From a virus: a stretch of 38,935 bases of DNA. The position numbers and the translations under genes are program-made. Location: the IMG/VR virus record IMGVR_UViG_3300045988_103843, positions 1 through 38,935 of that record. One strand, 5' to 3'. Under the pieces are notes generated by a model that was given only the letters and a program-made list of their open reading frames with translations, was not told the DNA's origin and did no database searches. Position 1 is the stretch's first letter. Every line of letters starts with the position of its first letter. Of the stretch, positions 23,034 to 29,475 are shown in pieces.

Positions 23034-23425
23034 CGGTCTTCATCCTTCAGCTTATGGATGCGCTGTGCGACATGTTCTACCATTTGAACGAGGCATTCTT
23101 TATTCAGGTCGGCACGGCACTTTTCGCAAGCGTCGTCTGCGGGGTCAAAATATTCACAGGGCGCGTAACGAGTTGAGGCAACACACCTGTCCAAGTCCTC
23201 TGCCAACTTCTCCCAACTATCAGGTGGTGTGAGGTAATAGTCCTGCGGATAATACTTTACGCCGGACGTATCGAACAAAAACTGCACTCTCCATTGATTG
23301 CACAGTTTTTGAGATATATATTCCCACGCATAAATGACCAACGACTTACCGTTCTTGTCGTACAGCACATTAGTGTCTAATGGAATCTCGCGGCCCTCGG
23401 CATCCTTGGGCAATTCGATAGCCAT
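23030..23425 (-). CDS. Hypothetical protein, paralog A of a tandem pair
   Basis: The ATG at 23425 (MAIELPKDAEGREIPLDTNVLYD...) follows GGAGGA. The longer track ORF (to 23560) would overlap the MazG-like gene with an R-rich N-terminus. Confidence 0.7.
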   Translation of the reverse strand: MAIELPKDAEGREIPLDTNVLYDKNGKSLVIYAWEYISQKLCNQWRVQFLFDTSGVKYYPQDYYLTPPDSWEKLAEDLDRCVASTRYAPCEYFDPADDACEKCRADLNKECLVQMVEHVAQRIHKLKDEDR

Positions 23426-23439
23426 TTCTTCCTCCATCC

Positions 23440-23742
23440 TCAGAGCCTGCCTCGGCCCTCGTTCCTCTCGTCCATGCGCATGATTGCAGCATCGACTTCG
23501 CCTTGCGTGGCACCGACGGCCGCCAATACGTTCGCCACGGCCTGCACTGTGTCCAGGCACTCGTCGATGAGCTCCTCGCGGAACACCTTACGCATCGCCT
23601 CGGGCGCGTACTGCATGTTGTCGTACTTCTGCCAAGCGCCGTAGATCTCAGCCGCCTCCTCCAGTGGCTTGAGCACCTGCGGCTTCGCGTCCTCGACCTT
23701 GCGGAACACCCGCATGTTCAATAGGTAACCGTCGATCATCAT
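23440..23742 (-). CDS. MazG-like all-alpha NTP pyrophosphohydrolase (copy 1)
   Basis: 100 aa. EEAAE (ExxE) ... ELID (ExxD) metal-binding pattern about 25 residues apart. C-terminal RNEGRGR. Confidence 0.65.
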   Translation of the reverse strand: MMIDGYLLNMRVFRKVEDAKPQVLKPLEEAAEIYGAWQKYDNMQYAPEAMRKVFREELIDECLDTVQAVANVLAAVGATQGEVDAAIMRMDERNEGRGRL

Positions 23743-23756
23743 TTACCACTACCTCC

Positions 23757-24584
23757 CTAGATACATTGCTCGATAACTGCCTTGCCGCGCAGCTGGCCGA
23801 CCCACTTCGGAGGGATGGCCTCGAAACCGTAATATGTGCCGGCTAGCGCTCCGGCCACTGCCGCCGTGGTGTCTGTGTCGTCGCCGAGCTCGACTGCCTT
23901 GAGCACACAGTCTTCGTATGAGTGCGTGTTCAGGAAACACCACAGCGCCGCCTCGAGTGTGTGCTCGCAGTATCCATCGCTTTTGACGGCGCCGACAGGC
24001 CTCGATGCGATGTGCCCGTACCTGCGCCAGAGGTCGACTTTAGCCGGCGTGCCGACGTTTCGGATGGTCCGCAGCATGTCGCACAACGCGACGCATGACC
24101 ACTCGGCCACGGGGTGCGCATGGGTGATTGCTGAGACCTCGCGTATATGGTAGGGTTCAGCGTAGTCGATCATGGCGAGCGGCGCCGTCCTCATGAGCGA
24201 CCCGTTGCCGCACCCGTCATATGACTTCGCGGGCACGCCCGTCGTGATCGCCTTCCGGCACGTCATGCCGGTGTCGAAAACACGCCCGTCGCACGTGAAC
24301 TCACCGTCCTGCAGCCATCGGTGGAACCTGTCTGCGATGTCCGCAAAATCGATATATGCGCGATGCTTGATACTCGAGCAGATGCACAGGGCCATCGACG
24401 TGTCATCGGACCACGTACCGGCTGGCTGCCCATGAGCGCCGCCATCTACCATGCCGGTGCAATCGAACGTACCACGCTCGCAAAACTCATACGGCACGCC
24501 CAAGGCGTCACCGACTGCGAGCCCGTATATACACGAGCGCATGCGGTCCCTGTCATAATGCACGCAGTTATGCGTGGTCGACAT
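23757..24584 (-). CDS. ADP-ribosylglycohydrolase (ARH/DraG family)
   Basis: GLAVGDALG, GTWSDDTSM, GNGSLMR and LGDDTDTTAAVAGALAG. The full set of binuclear-metal motifs is present. Confidence 0.88.
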   Translation of the reverse strand: MSTTHNCVHYDRDRMRSCIYGLAVGDALGVPYEFCERGTFDCTGMVDGGAHGQPAGTWSDDTSMALCICSSIKHRAYIDFADIADRFHRWLQDGEFTCDGRVFDTGMTCRKAITTGVPAKSYDGCGNGSLMRTAPLAMIDYAEPYHIREVSAITHAHPVAEWSCVALCDMLRTIRNVGTPAKVDLWRRYGHIASRPVGAVKSDGYCEHTLEAALWCFLNTHSYEDCVLKAVELGDDTDTTAAVAGALAGTYYGFEAIPPKWVGQLRGKAVIEQCI

Positions 24585-24762
24585 AGCGCACCTCCCTCGC
24601 CTCGAACTCGCCGACCGTGCCGTCGGGGAACTCGACGAGCCCGACGGGCTTCTGGTTGTTCCCGAGGAAACCGCCTCGCTGGAACCACCCGATCAAGTCG
24701 CCGTAGCGGCCGTGTACGGCGACCGGCCGCGACTCCATGGATACGACCACTTGCACCTGCAT
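24568..24762 (-). CDS. Small hypothetical protein (64 aa)
   Basis: The internal ATG at 24762 forms a TGATG junction with the stop of the upstream MazG-like gene. MQVQVVVSMESRPVAVHGRYGDLIGW... Confidence 0.55.
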   Translation of the reverse strand: MQVQVVVSMESRPVAVHGRYGDLIGWFQRGGFLGNNQKPVGLVEFPDGTVGEFEAREVRYVDHA

Positions 24763-25112
24763 CAGTACCTGCCTTTCATGTTGTTGCGCTTCTCGCAACG
24801 CCTCATCAACTCCGACATGTCGTCGACACCGACTGCCGCGACGCAGTTGACGACCGCTTGGATCACGTCGGCCGCCTTGTCGAGCATCTTGTCGCGTGCC
24901 TTCGCCGAATACCGCTGGTTGCCGCGGCGCTGCACCCAGAACTGCCACGCGGTGAACAGCTCTGCCGCCTCCTCGAGCGGCTTCGTGAATTGCGGCTTGT
25001 CGTCTGCGTAGACGTATTTGAAATGCCTCACTTCACCGATCAGCACTTCCTGCCTCCCATCCCCCATGTCGAACACCGACACGGGCACTGATTTCGTGGG
25101 GTCACCGTGCAT
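24762..25112 (-). CDS. MazG-like all-alpha NTP pyrophosphohydrolase (copy 2, divergent second motif)
   Basis: The ATG at 25112. Shares KPLEEAAE.....AWQ with copy 1. The second motif is DKAAD instead of ExxD. Confidence 0.55.
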   Translation of the reverse strand: MHGDPTKSVPVSVFDMGDGRQEVLIGEVRHFKYVYADDKPQFTKPLEEAAELFTAWQFWVQRRGNQRYSAKARDKMLDKAADVIQAVVNCVAAVGVDDMSELMRRCEKRNNMKGRY

Positions 25113-25128
25113 AATGACGACACCCACC

Positions 25129-25362
25129 TCATCGGTCCTTGATCGCATATTCGACGGCCATGCCGAGCACAGGCAAAAACAGGAAAGCATACTCGCCGCC
25201 TACGGCGAAATAGCCCCTGTCTGCGAACGCATAGGCCGCGGCGACGGCCGTGGCCACGATACCGACGACCGTCAGGGCCGTATAGACAAAATCACGTATG
25301 GTTAGTCCTCCATTCGTTGGAAAGTATCGCAGTCGGCGCTGATGGCACGTGCGCGGATGCAC
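25129..25362 (-). CDS. Small membrane protein (start uncertain)
   Basis: Two hydrophobic segments (FVYTALTVVGIVATAVAAAYAF; YAFLFLPVLGMAV). The ATG at 25362 would overlap the upstream gene by 61 nt. Confidence 0.5.
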   Translation of the reverse strand: MHPRTCHQRRLRYFPTNGGLTIRDFVYTALTVVGIVATAVAAAYAFADRGYFAVGGEYAFLFLPVLGMAVEYAIKDR

Positions 25363-25586
25363 GCCTCATCGCACGTGCGCGCCATGACACGGATGTCGGG
25401 GCCGTCTAGGCGCCCGGCACGCCACGGCACGAACGGCATGCCGTAATTGATAATGCATGCCTTCCAACCGCACTCGCGGTAACGATTCGCGGTGTCCATG
25501 GCCGCGTCGAACTCCCATTCCGGGATGTCAAACGGCTCGGCTTCCTCGTCTGCCGGCGGCATGACGAAAACGATATACTCAGGCAT
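25302..25586 (-). CDS. Hypothetical protein, first gene of an accessory operon
   Basis: 94 aa. RBS AAGGAGGAA 4 nt before the ATG. Confidence 0.65.
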   Translation of the reverse strand: MPEYIVFVMPPADEEAEPFDIPEWEFDAAMDTANRYRECGWKACIINYGMPFVPWRAGRLDGPDIRVMARTCDEACIRARAISADCDTFQRMED

Positions 25587-25600
25587 TTGTTCCTCCTTTT

Positions 25601-25668
25601 GGTTGACAGGGCCATTATACTACTTTCGCGCATCGACATTTCGATAAATTGAAATTATTTTCGAAATG
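25601..25668 (-). promoter_or_regulatory. Promoter/leader cassette: TATAAT-N6-GTCAACCA-N3-GGAGGA-ATG with an upstream palindrome
   Basis: Minus-strand TATAAT (plus 25614-25619). CATTTCGA-N16-TCGAAATG palindrome at 25637-25668. The leader is about 85% identical by eye to 27324-27360. Confidence 0.55.
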
Positions 25669-25713
25669 CTTTAACGAACGGCGGGCGACAGAACTGCCAC
25701 CCACCTATGGCAT

Positions 25714-26526
25714 TTACTCCTCAGTGTGGTCGAGGTCGACGACCACCTCGCCGACGACTTCCCCGTCGACCTCGACCTCGGCGCCCTCGTGCCGCAGGCG
25801 CTTTTCGACTTCGGCCATGAACTCGGCGGCCTTCTCGGCGTATACCCCTACAGTGGGCTCGCCTGCGAACAGGCGCTCGTCATAGCAGCGCTGTGCACGG
25901 CGGTTGCCGATCTTGAACAGGTATTCGAATACGAGCTCCGCCGTGCCGGCCATGTACAGGTCTCCGGTGAATACGATCTCACGCTTGTCGACTTCCATAC
26001 GGACGCCGAAGAAAGCCGACACGGCATCGGCCAGGTCATAACGCCAGTGCTTGCGGCTGCCGACAGTCGTGCGCTCGGAGCGGGTGCCCTCGTCGCCGTT
26101 GGCGGCCCTGGCCTCGCGTGCGGCGTCATACACCTGCACTGCCTTGTCGATCAGCTGGAACTCGTCGACGCCCTTCGTGCGGCGGTCACAGAGGTTGGCG
26201 GCGATGGCCTGGCGGAAGCCCGCATAGTCCTCGGGCTCGCCCTCGATGATCACGTCGCCGGTCTCGCCGTACTTGAATTTCCCGCCGTCGCCTTCGGGCT
26301 CACCCTCGGCCTTGGTGAGGTCGATGTGCACGACCTGGTCGGCGAGGCAGAACATGTGGCGGAAGTCCTTGGCGACAGTGAGGTCGTCGCCCTTCTTGGC
26401 GATGACGCCCTTGCGGTAGAGCGACGGGAAGGGGTTCGCCGGCATCTCGACCAGCACGCCCTTCTTGTCGATCGCGCATTCGTTGATGAAACCGAGCTCT
26501 TTCTCAGTGAACGTTACCTCTGCCAT
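25714..26526 (-). CDS. Hypothetical acidic protein (270 aa)
   Basis: Long ORF with an RBS (GGAAAGGAAA) and an acidic EVEVDGEVVGEVVVDLDHTEE tail. No motif I can assign. Confidence 0.7.
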   Translation of the reverse strand: MAEVTFTEKELGFINECAIDKKGVLVEMPANPFPSLYRKGVIAKKGDDLTVAKDFRHMFCLADQVVHIDLTKAEGEPEGDGGKFKYGETGDVIIEGEPEDYAGFRQAIAANLCDRRTKGVDEFQLIDKAVQVYDAAREARAANGDEGTRSERTTVGSRKHWRYDLADAVSAFFGVRMEVDKREIVFTGDLYMAGTAELVFEYLFKIGNRRAQRCYDERLFAGEPTVGVYAEKAAEFMAEVEKRLRHEGAEVEVDGEVVGEVVVDLDHTEE

Positions 26527-26554
26527 GGTGTTTCCTTTCCCCTTCGTGGGCTAA

Positions 26555-26779
26555 TTACCAAACTTTCTGCTCGCCTGTGTAGGTATCGATGATTGTCGAC
26601 TTGCCGCCTTTAGGCAATGCACGCTGTGCTTGCCTGCAGCGCTTCCAGAACTCCAAATAACCTGGGCCGAAGCAAACGTCGACCTCGTCGATAGATTCCA
26701 GCGCGTCCTCTTCGGCCGTGCTCTCGAGGTAGTAGATACACTCGCCGCCGAGTACGTATGAATAGCAGTATCTCGCCAT
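26555..26779 (-). CDS. Small Cys-containing hypothetical protein (74 aa)
   Basis: The ATG at 26779 is preceded by AGGAGG. The upstream part of the 232-aa track ORF is an R/S/P-rich shadow of the 26790-27119 and 27135-27323 genes. Confidence 0.6.
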   Translation of the reverse strand: MARYCYSYVLGGECIYYLESTAEEDALESIDEVDVCFGPGYLEFWKRCRQAQRALPKGGKSTIIDTYTGEQKVW

Positions 26780-26789
26780 TTGTACCCTC

Positions 26790-27119
26790 CTAACCCAGTG
26801 CGTGGATCTGCTCGAATGTGGACCTAATTGTGATTTCACGACCGCGCTCGAGCAGTTGAATGGCACACTCTGGGTTGGGCGCATACAGCTCGAGGAACTC
26901 GCAAATAGAGTCGTGGTCGAACAGAATGCCGTCGCAGAAGCCTGCGGCGATATGCAGAATATCGCAGTGGCTGAGGCTCTTGGCGGTCTCGGTGATGGCG
27001 GAAATATCCACCGACTGCCCGCCGCATATGGTAGGCCTGACCGTGATGACGTAGTAATGCGGCGCGTCGGGGTCTTCGAAATCCCACTCTTTGACATACG
27101 TGCAGTACAGGGTGGCCAT
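26790..27119 (-). CDS. Hypothetical protein (109 aa)
   Basis: Coding-like composition, compact spacing with its neighbours. Confidence 0.65.
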   Translation of the reverse strand: MATLYCTYVKEWDFEDPDAPHYYVITVRPTICGGQSVDISAITETAKSLSHCDILHIAAGFCDGILFDHDSICEFLELYAPNPECAIQLLERGREITIRSTFEQIHALG

Positions 27120-27134
27120 GATGGCTCCTTTCGT

Positions 27135-27323
27135 TTAGTGGATGAGCATCTCGATGCGGTCGAGTGCGGCCTCGATGGAACCGAACACGCCGCGGAACGA
27201 CTCGAGGCCGAAATCGGGGTCGATCTCGGCGAGGAACATATCACCACTGGCATTGTCGCGGCTGATAACGAACGTGCGGTCGATACCGAACTGGTCTTGC
27301 TTGGTGATCTTGATGGGCTTCAT
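27135..27323 (-). CDS. Small hypothetical protein (62 aa), first gene of an operon
   Basis: The ATG at 27323 (MKPIKITKQ...) follows GGAGGAGCAAA. Confidence 0.6.
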   Translation of the reverse strand: MKPIKITKQDQFGIDRTFVISRDNASGDMFLAEIDPDFGLESFRGVFGSIEAALDRIEMLIH

Positions 27324-27338
27324 TTTGCTCCTCCTTCT

Positions 27339-27384
27339 GGTTGACAAGGTCATTATCCCATAACTCGGCGTGTAGGCACATACC
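27339..27384 (-). promoter_or_regulatory. Promoter/leader cassette: TGgGATAAT-N6-GTCAACCA-N3-GGAGGA-ATG
   Basis: Minus-strand extended -10 tgggataat (plus 27352-27360). Same architecture as 25601-25619. Confidence 0.5.
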
Positions 27385-27430
27385 TAATTTTAAATAAATC
27401 AAAAATAATTTCGATCAATTTGAAATTAAG

Positions 27431-27484
27431 TATGTACTTTCAGGTAGCTACCGGGTAATATAATTTTGTCAACCACGAGGAAGG
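27431..27484 (+). promoter_or_regulatory. Divergent promoter/leader for the only plus-strand gene: TAATAT-N6-GTCAACCA-N3-GGAAGG
   Basis: TAATAT at 27456-27461, GTCAACCA at 27468-27475, RBS at 27479-27484, ATG at 27493. AT-rich upstream region. Confidence 0.5.
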
Positions 27485-27492
27485 GAAACACC

Positions 27493-27738
27493 ATGATTAA
27501 GACTTTCGATGATGCCATCAAGCTCGAGCGCGTCCAGTACAAGCAGCCGTTCAATGAGGCATATGAGATCACCAACTACGACCGTCGCGTGAAGATCGTC
27601 CTTGATAACTACTGTGTGCACTATGTCCGCTTCAAAGCCGCCAACCGCGGCCAGTGGAAGTCGATGGGCCGCAAGGAGTTCGAGACCGCGAATAAGCAGC
27701 TTTGCATCAAAAACGCCCTCAAGTGGGTCAATGCATAA
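27493..27738 (+). CDS. Hypothetical 81-aa basic protein; the only convincing plus-strand gene
   Basis: MIKTFDDAIKLERVQYKQPF... It has its own RBS and promoter-like elements and is followed by two hairpins. Visibly less GC-rich than its neighbours. Confidence 0.7.
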   Translation: MIKTFDDAIKLERVQYKQPFNEAYEITNYDRRVKIVLDNYCVHYVRFKAANRGQWKSMGRKEFETANKQLCIKNALKWVNA

Positions 27739-27760
27739 CTGCATTACGTGTGATAAAATA

Positions 27761-27792
27761 GGAGGTGCGGTTTTGGGCCACCGCACCTTCCT
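27761..27792 (+). terminator. Hairpin 1 downstream of the plus-strand gene
   Basis: ggaggtgcggtt-ttgggc-caccgcaccttcc followed by tctttc. Confidence 0.55.
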
Positions 27793-27803
27793 CTTTCGGG
27801 TAG

Positions 27804-27849
27804 GGGAACACCCCAGATGCGATTGCGCGTCTGGGGTGTTCTTCTTTTT
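27804..27849. terminator. Bidirectional Rho-independent terminator between convergent genes
   Basis: gggaacaccccagatgcg / cgcgtctggggtgttc stem with one G-T pair. A T-run (ttcttttt) follows on the plus strand. On the minus strand the hairpin lies just after the dCMP deaminase stop. Confidence 0.7.
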
Positions 27850-28297
27850 ACTGTGCACTTGTGACGACTTCGACGCCTGCATTGCCTATCATGCGCATGC
27901 ACACCGGGCATGGCGATATGTCGCCGGCAGGGATGCGCTCGCCTGTCTCGAGGTCGACACCGGCCAAATACAGCGTGGCGCCGATCATCTCAGAGCGCGA
28001 GGCCGACAGCATCGCGTTCATCTCGGCGTGTACCGCCGGGCATGAGCCGTAATCACCGTCGTTATGCCCGTGGCCATGGCGGTGGCATATGCCCACATCC
28101 GTACAGTTGACGTCGCCGCGTGCGGCACCGTTGTAGCCGGTGGCGATGATCTCGTCGTTGGCCACAATCACGGCACCGTAGCGGCGGCGCAGGCACGTCG
28201 ACCTTGCCGCCACGGCTAACGCGATGTCGAGGTAGTACTCAGCTTTACTAGGCCTCGCCGGTCGATCCGAAAGCACCGTCGCCCCTCTCTTCGCCAA
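27848..28297 (-). CDS. dCMP deaminase (CMP/dCMP zinc deaminase family)
   Basis: HAEMNA and PCPVC zinc motifs; EYYLDIALAVAARSTC N-terminal helix. The likely true start is the GTG at 28276 (GAGAGGGG upstream) rather than the TTG at 28297. Confidence 0.88.
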   Translation of the reverse strand: MAKRGATVLSDRPARPSKAEYYLDIALAVAARSTCLRRRYGAVIVANDEIIATGYNGAARGDVNCTDVGICHRHGHGHNDGDYGSCPAVHAEMNAMLSASRSEMIGATLYLAGVDLETGERIPAGDISPCPVCMRMIGNAGVEVVTSAQ

Positions 28298-28667
28298 GCT
28301 GTTCGACGAAATCGGCCAACACGATCGGCATGACGACGAGCTGGCCGATACGGGTACCGCCCGGCACCTTCTTGAGTTTGTCGGTCAAGTTGGTGACGAT
28401 CGCGTGTACCTCGCCGGTGTAGCCGGAATCGATCGGCGGCAGCTCGCACACGAGGCCTTCGAGGCTCATGCCAGATCGCGGGAACACGCAGGCCATGACG
28501 CCGTCAGGCAGCTCGAGCGAGAAGCCCAACGGGATGCGGCGGGTCTCATGCGGCTTCAGGGTCTCACCGAAAGTGGTGTATACGTCTGCCCCGGCATCGT
28601 TGTAATGCGCACGCACCGGGAGCTTGACGTCTGAGGCCTCGCCGATACGGTTGATCTTAATCTTCAT
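28248..28667 (-). CDS. dut: Trimeric dUTPase-fold nucleotidohydrolase (dUTPase; dCTPase activity not excluded)
   Basis: AGADV, PRSG, IDSGYTGE, RIGQLV and RGDGAFGSTG, which are dUTPase motifs I-V. RBS GGAGGT. Confidence 0.88.
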   Translation of the reverse strand: MKIKINRIGEASDVKLPVRAHYNDAGADVYTTFGETLKPHETRRIPLGFSLELPDGVMACVFPRSGMSLEGLVCELPPIDSGYTGEVHAIVTNLTDKLKKVPGGTRIGQLVVMPIVLADFVEQLGEERGDGAFGSTGEA

Positions 28668-29475
28668 CCTTTACCTCCGTGATGATGGCGTTATTGAGAC
28701 AATATTCTGATACGGCAGGCCTCGGTGTGTCGGACGACATCGCGATGCGTTCGATCTCCGAGATATGGGCTAAAAACTTCTCGATGTCGAATTTGAGATG
28801 CGGTGCAGTATGCTTGCAGCACCAGACGCCACGGACGCGGTCGATGTCCTTAGTATATGCGTGAAGCGACACCGCGAAATGCGTGTACTTGCCGTATTCG
28901 ACGCCGAGTTCGTTCGCGATATGCTTCTGCAGCTCCGTGAAGAACACGACGTCATAAGGCGTGCCGAGCCACACGTCGTTGGAACGCATGATGCCGGTGC
29001 AATCGAGCTTGCCCTCGCGGAGCTCGAATACGAGGGCGATCGTGCAGATCTCGTCTTTCGTCTCGAAGCGCTTGGGGTTCGGCACGTTGAAATTGATGAC
29101 CGCACGACGCGAAGTCGGGTCGCGCTTAAGTGTGTCGATGACCTGCGCGACCTGGTCGAAGCCATAGCGGTTGAACACGATGGCGCCGTACGCCGATCGG
29201 TTCGTCGCGCCGTCATCGCTGATATGCTTCCAGAACGACGAAAACTTCGAGATGAACTCGACGTCGTCGCGGCCGGTGAAATACCATGCCAGCTCACCGA
29301 GCATATATGAAAGCGAGTAGCCGGTGCGTGCCGTCGCGATGTTGTCAGTGATGTCGAGCAGCGTGAAACCGCTATTGAGCAGTTCCTTTGTGCCGGCGAC
29401 CTCTTGGCCCTGTACTGAGATCTTGCCGCACAGTTGGCGGTAGATGTCGTTCATCGACTTGCCTACAACATGCAT
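28657..29475 (-). CDS. Thymidylate-synthase-fold deoxypyrimidylate hydroxymethylase/methylase, T4 gp42 (dCMP hydroxymethylase)-like with an Asp specificity residue
   Basis: GELAWYF (catalytic Glu), DPTSRRAV, DEICTIALVF (nucleophile Cys) and MRSNDVWLGTPYD. Aligned by eye with E. coli ThyA QRSCDVFLGLPFN and T4 gp42 MRSNDVVFGFRND, Asp replaces the ThyA Asn177. RBS AAGGAGG. Confidence 0.8.
   Translation of the reverse strand: MHVVGKSMNDIYRQLCGKISVQGQEVAGTKELLNSGFTLLDITDNIATARTGYSLSYMLGELAWYFTGRDDVEFISKFSSFWKHISDDGATNRSAYGAIVFNRYGFDQVAQVIDTLKRDPTSRRAVINFNVPNPKRFETKDEICTIALVFELREGKLDCTGIMRSNDVWLGTPYDVVFFTELQKHIANELGVEYGKYTHFAVSLHAYTKDIDRVRGVWCCKHTAPHLKFDIEKFLAHISEIERIAMSSDTPRPAVSEYCLNNAIITEVKDED

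Noticed and set aside
26555-27253. 232-aa minus-strand ORF spanning three smaller ORFs
   Set aside because: Its first roughly 158 codons are S/R/P/T-rich and overlap better-looking ORFs in other frames (26790-27119 and 27135-27323). Only the last 74 codons, after an AGGAGG-ATG at 26779, look coding.
28657-29475. Annotating this gene as an ordinary thymidylate synthase (ThyA)
   Set aside because: The specificity Asn of ThyA (PFN) is Asp here (PYD). The flanking motifs match my recollection of T4 gp42 more closely than ThyA. The folate-binding IWDEW-type segment is also gp42-like (FWKHI).
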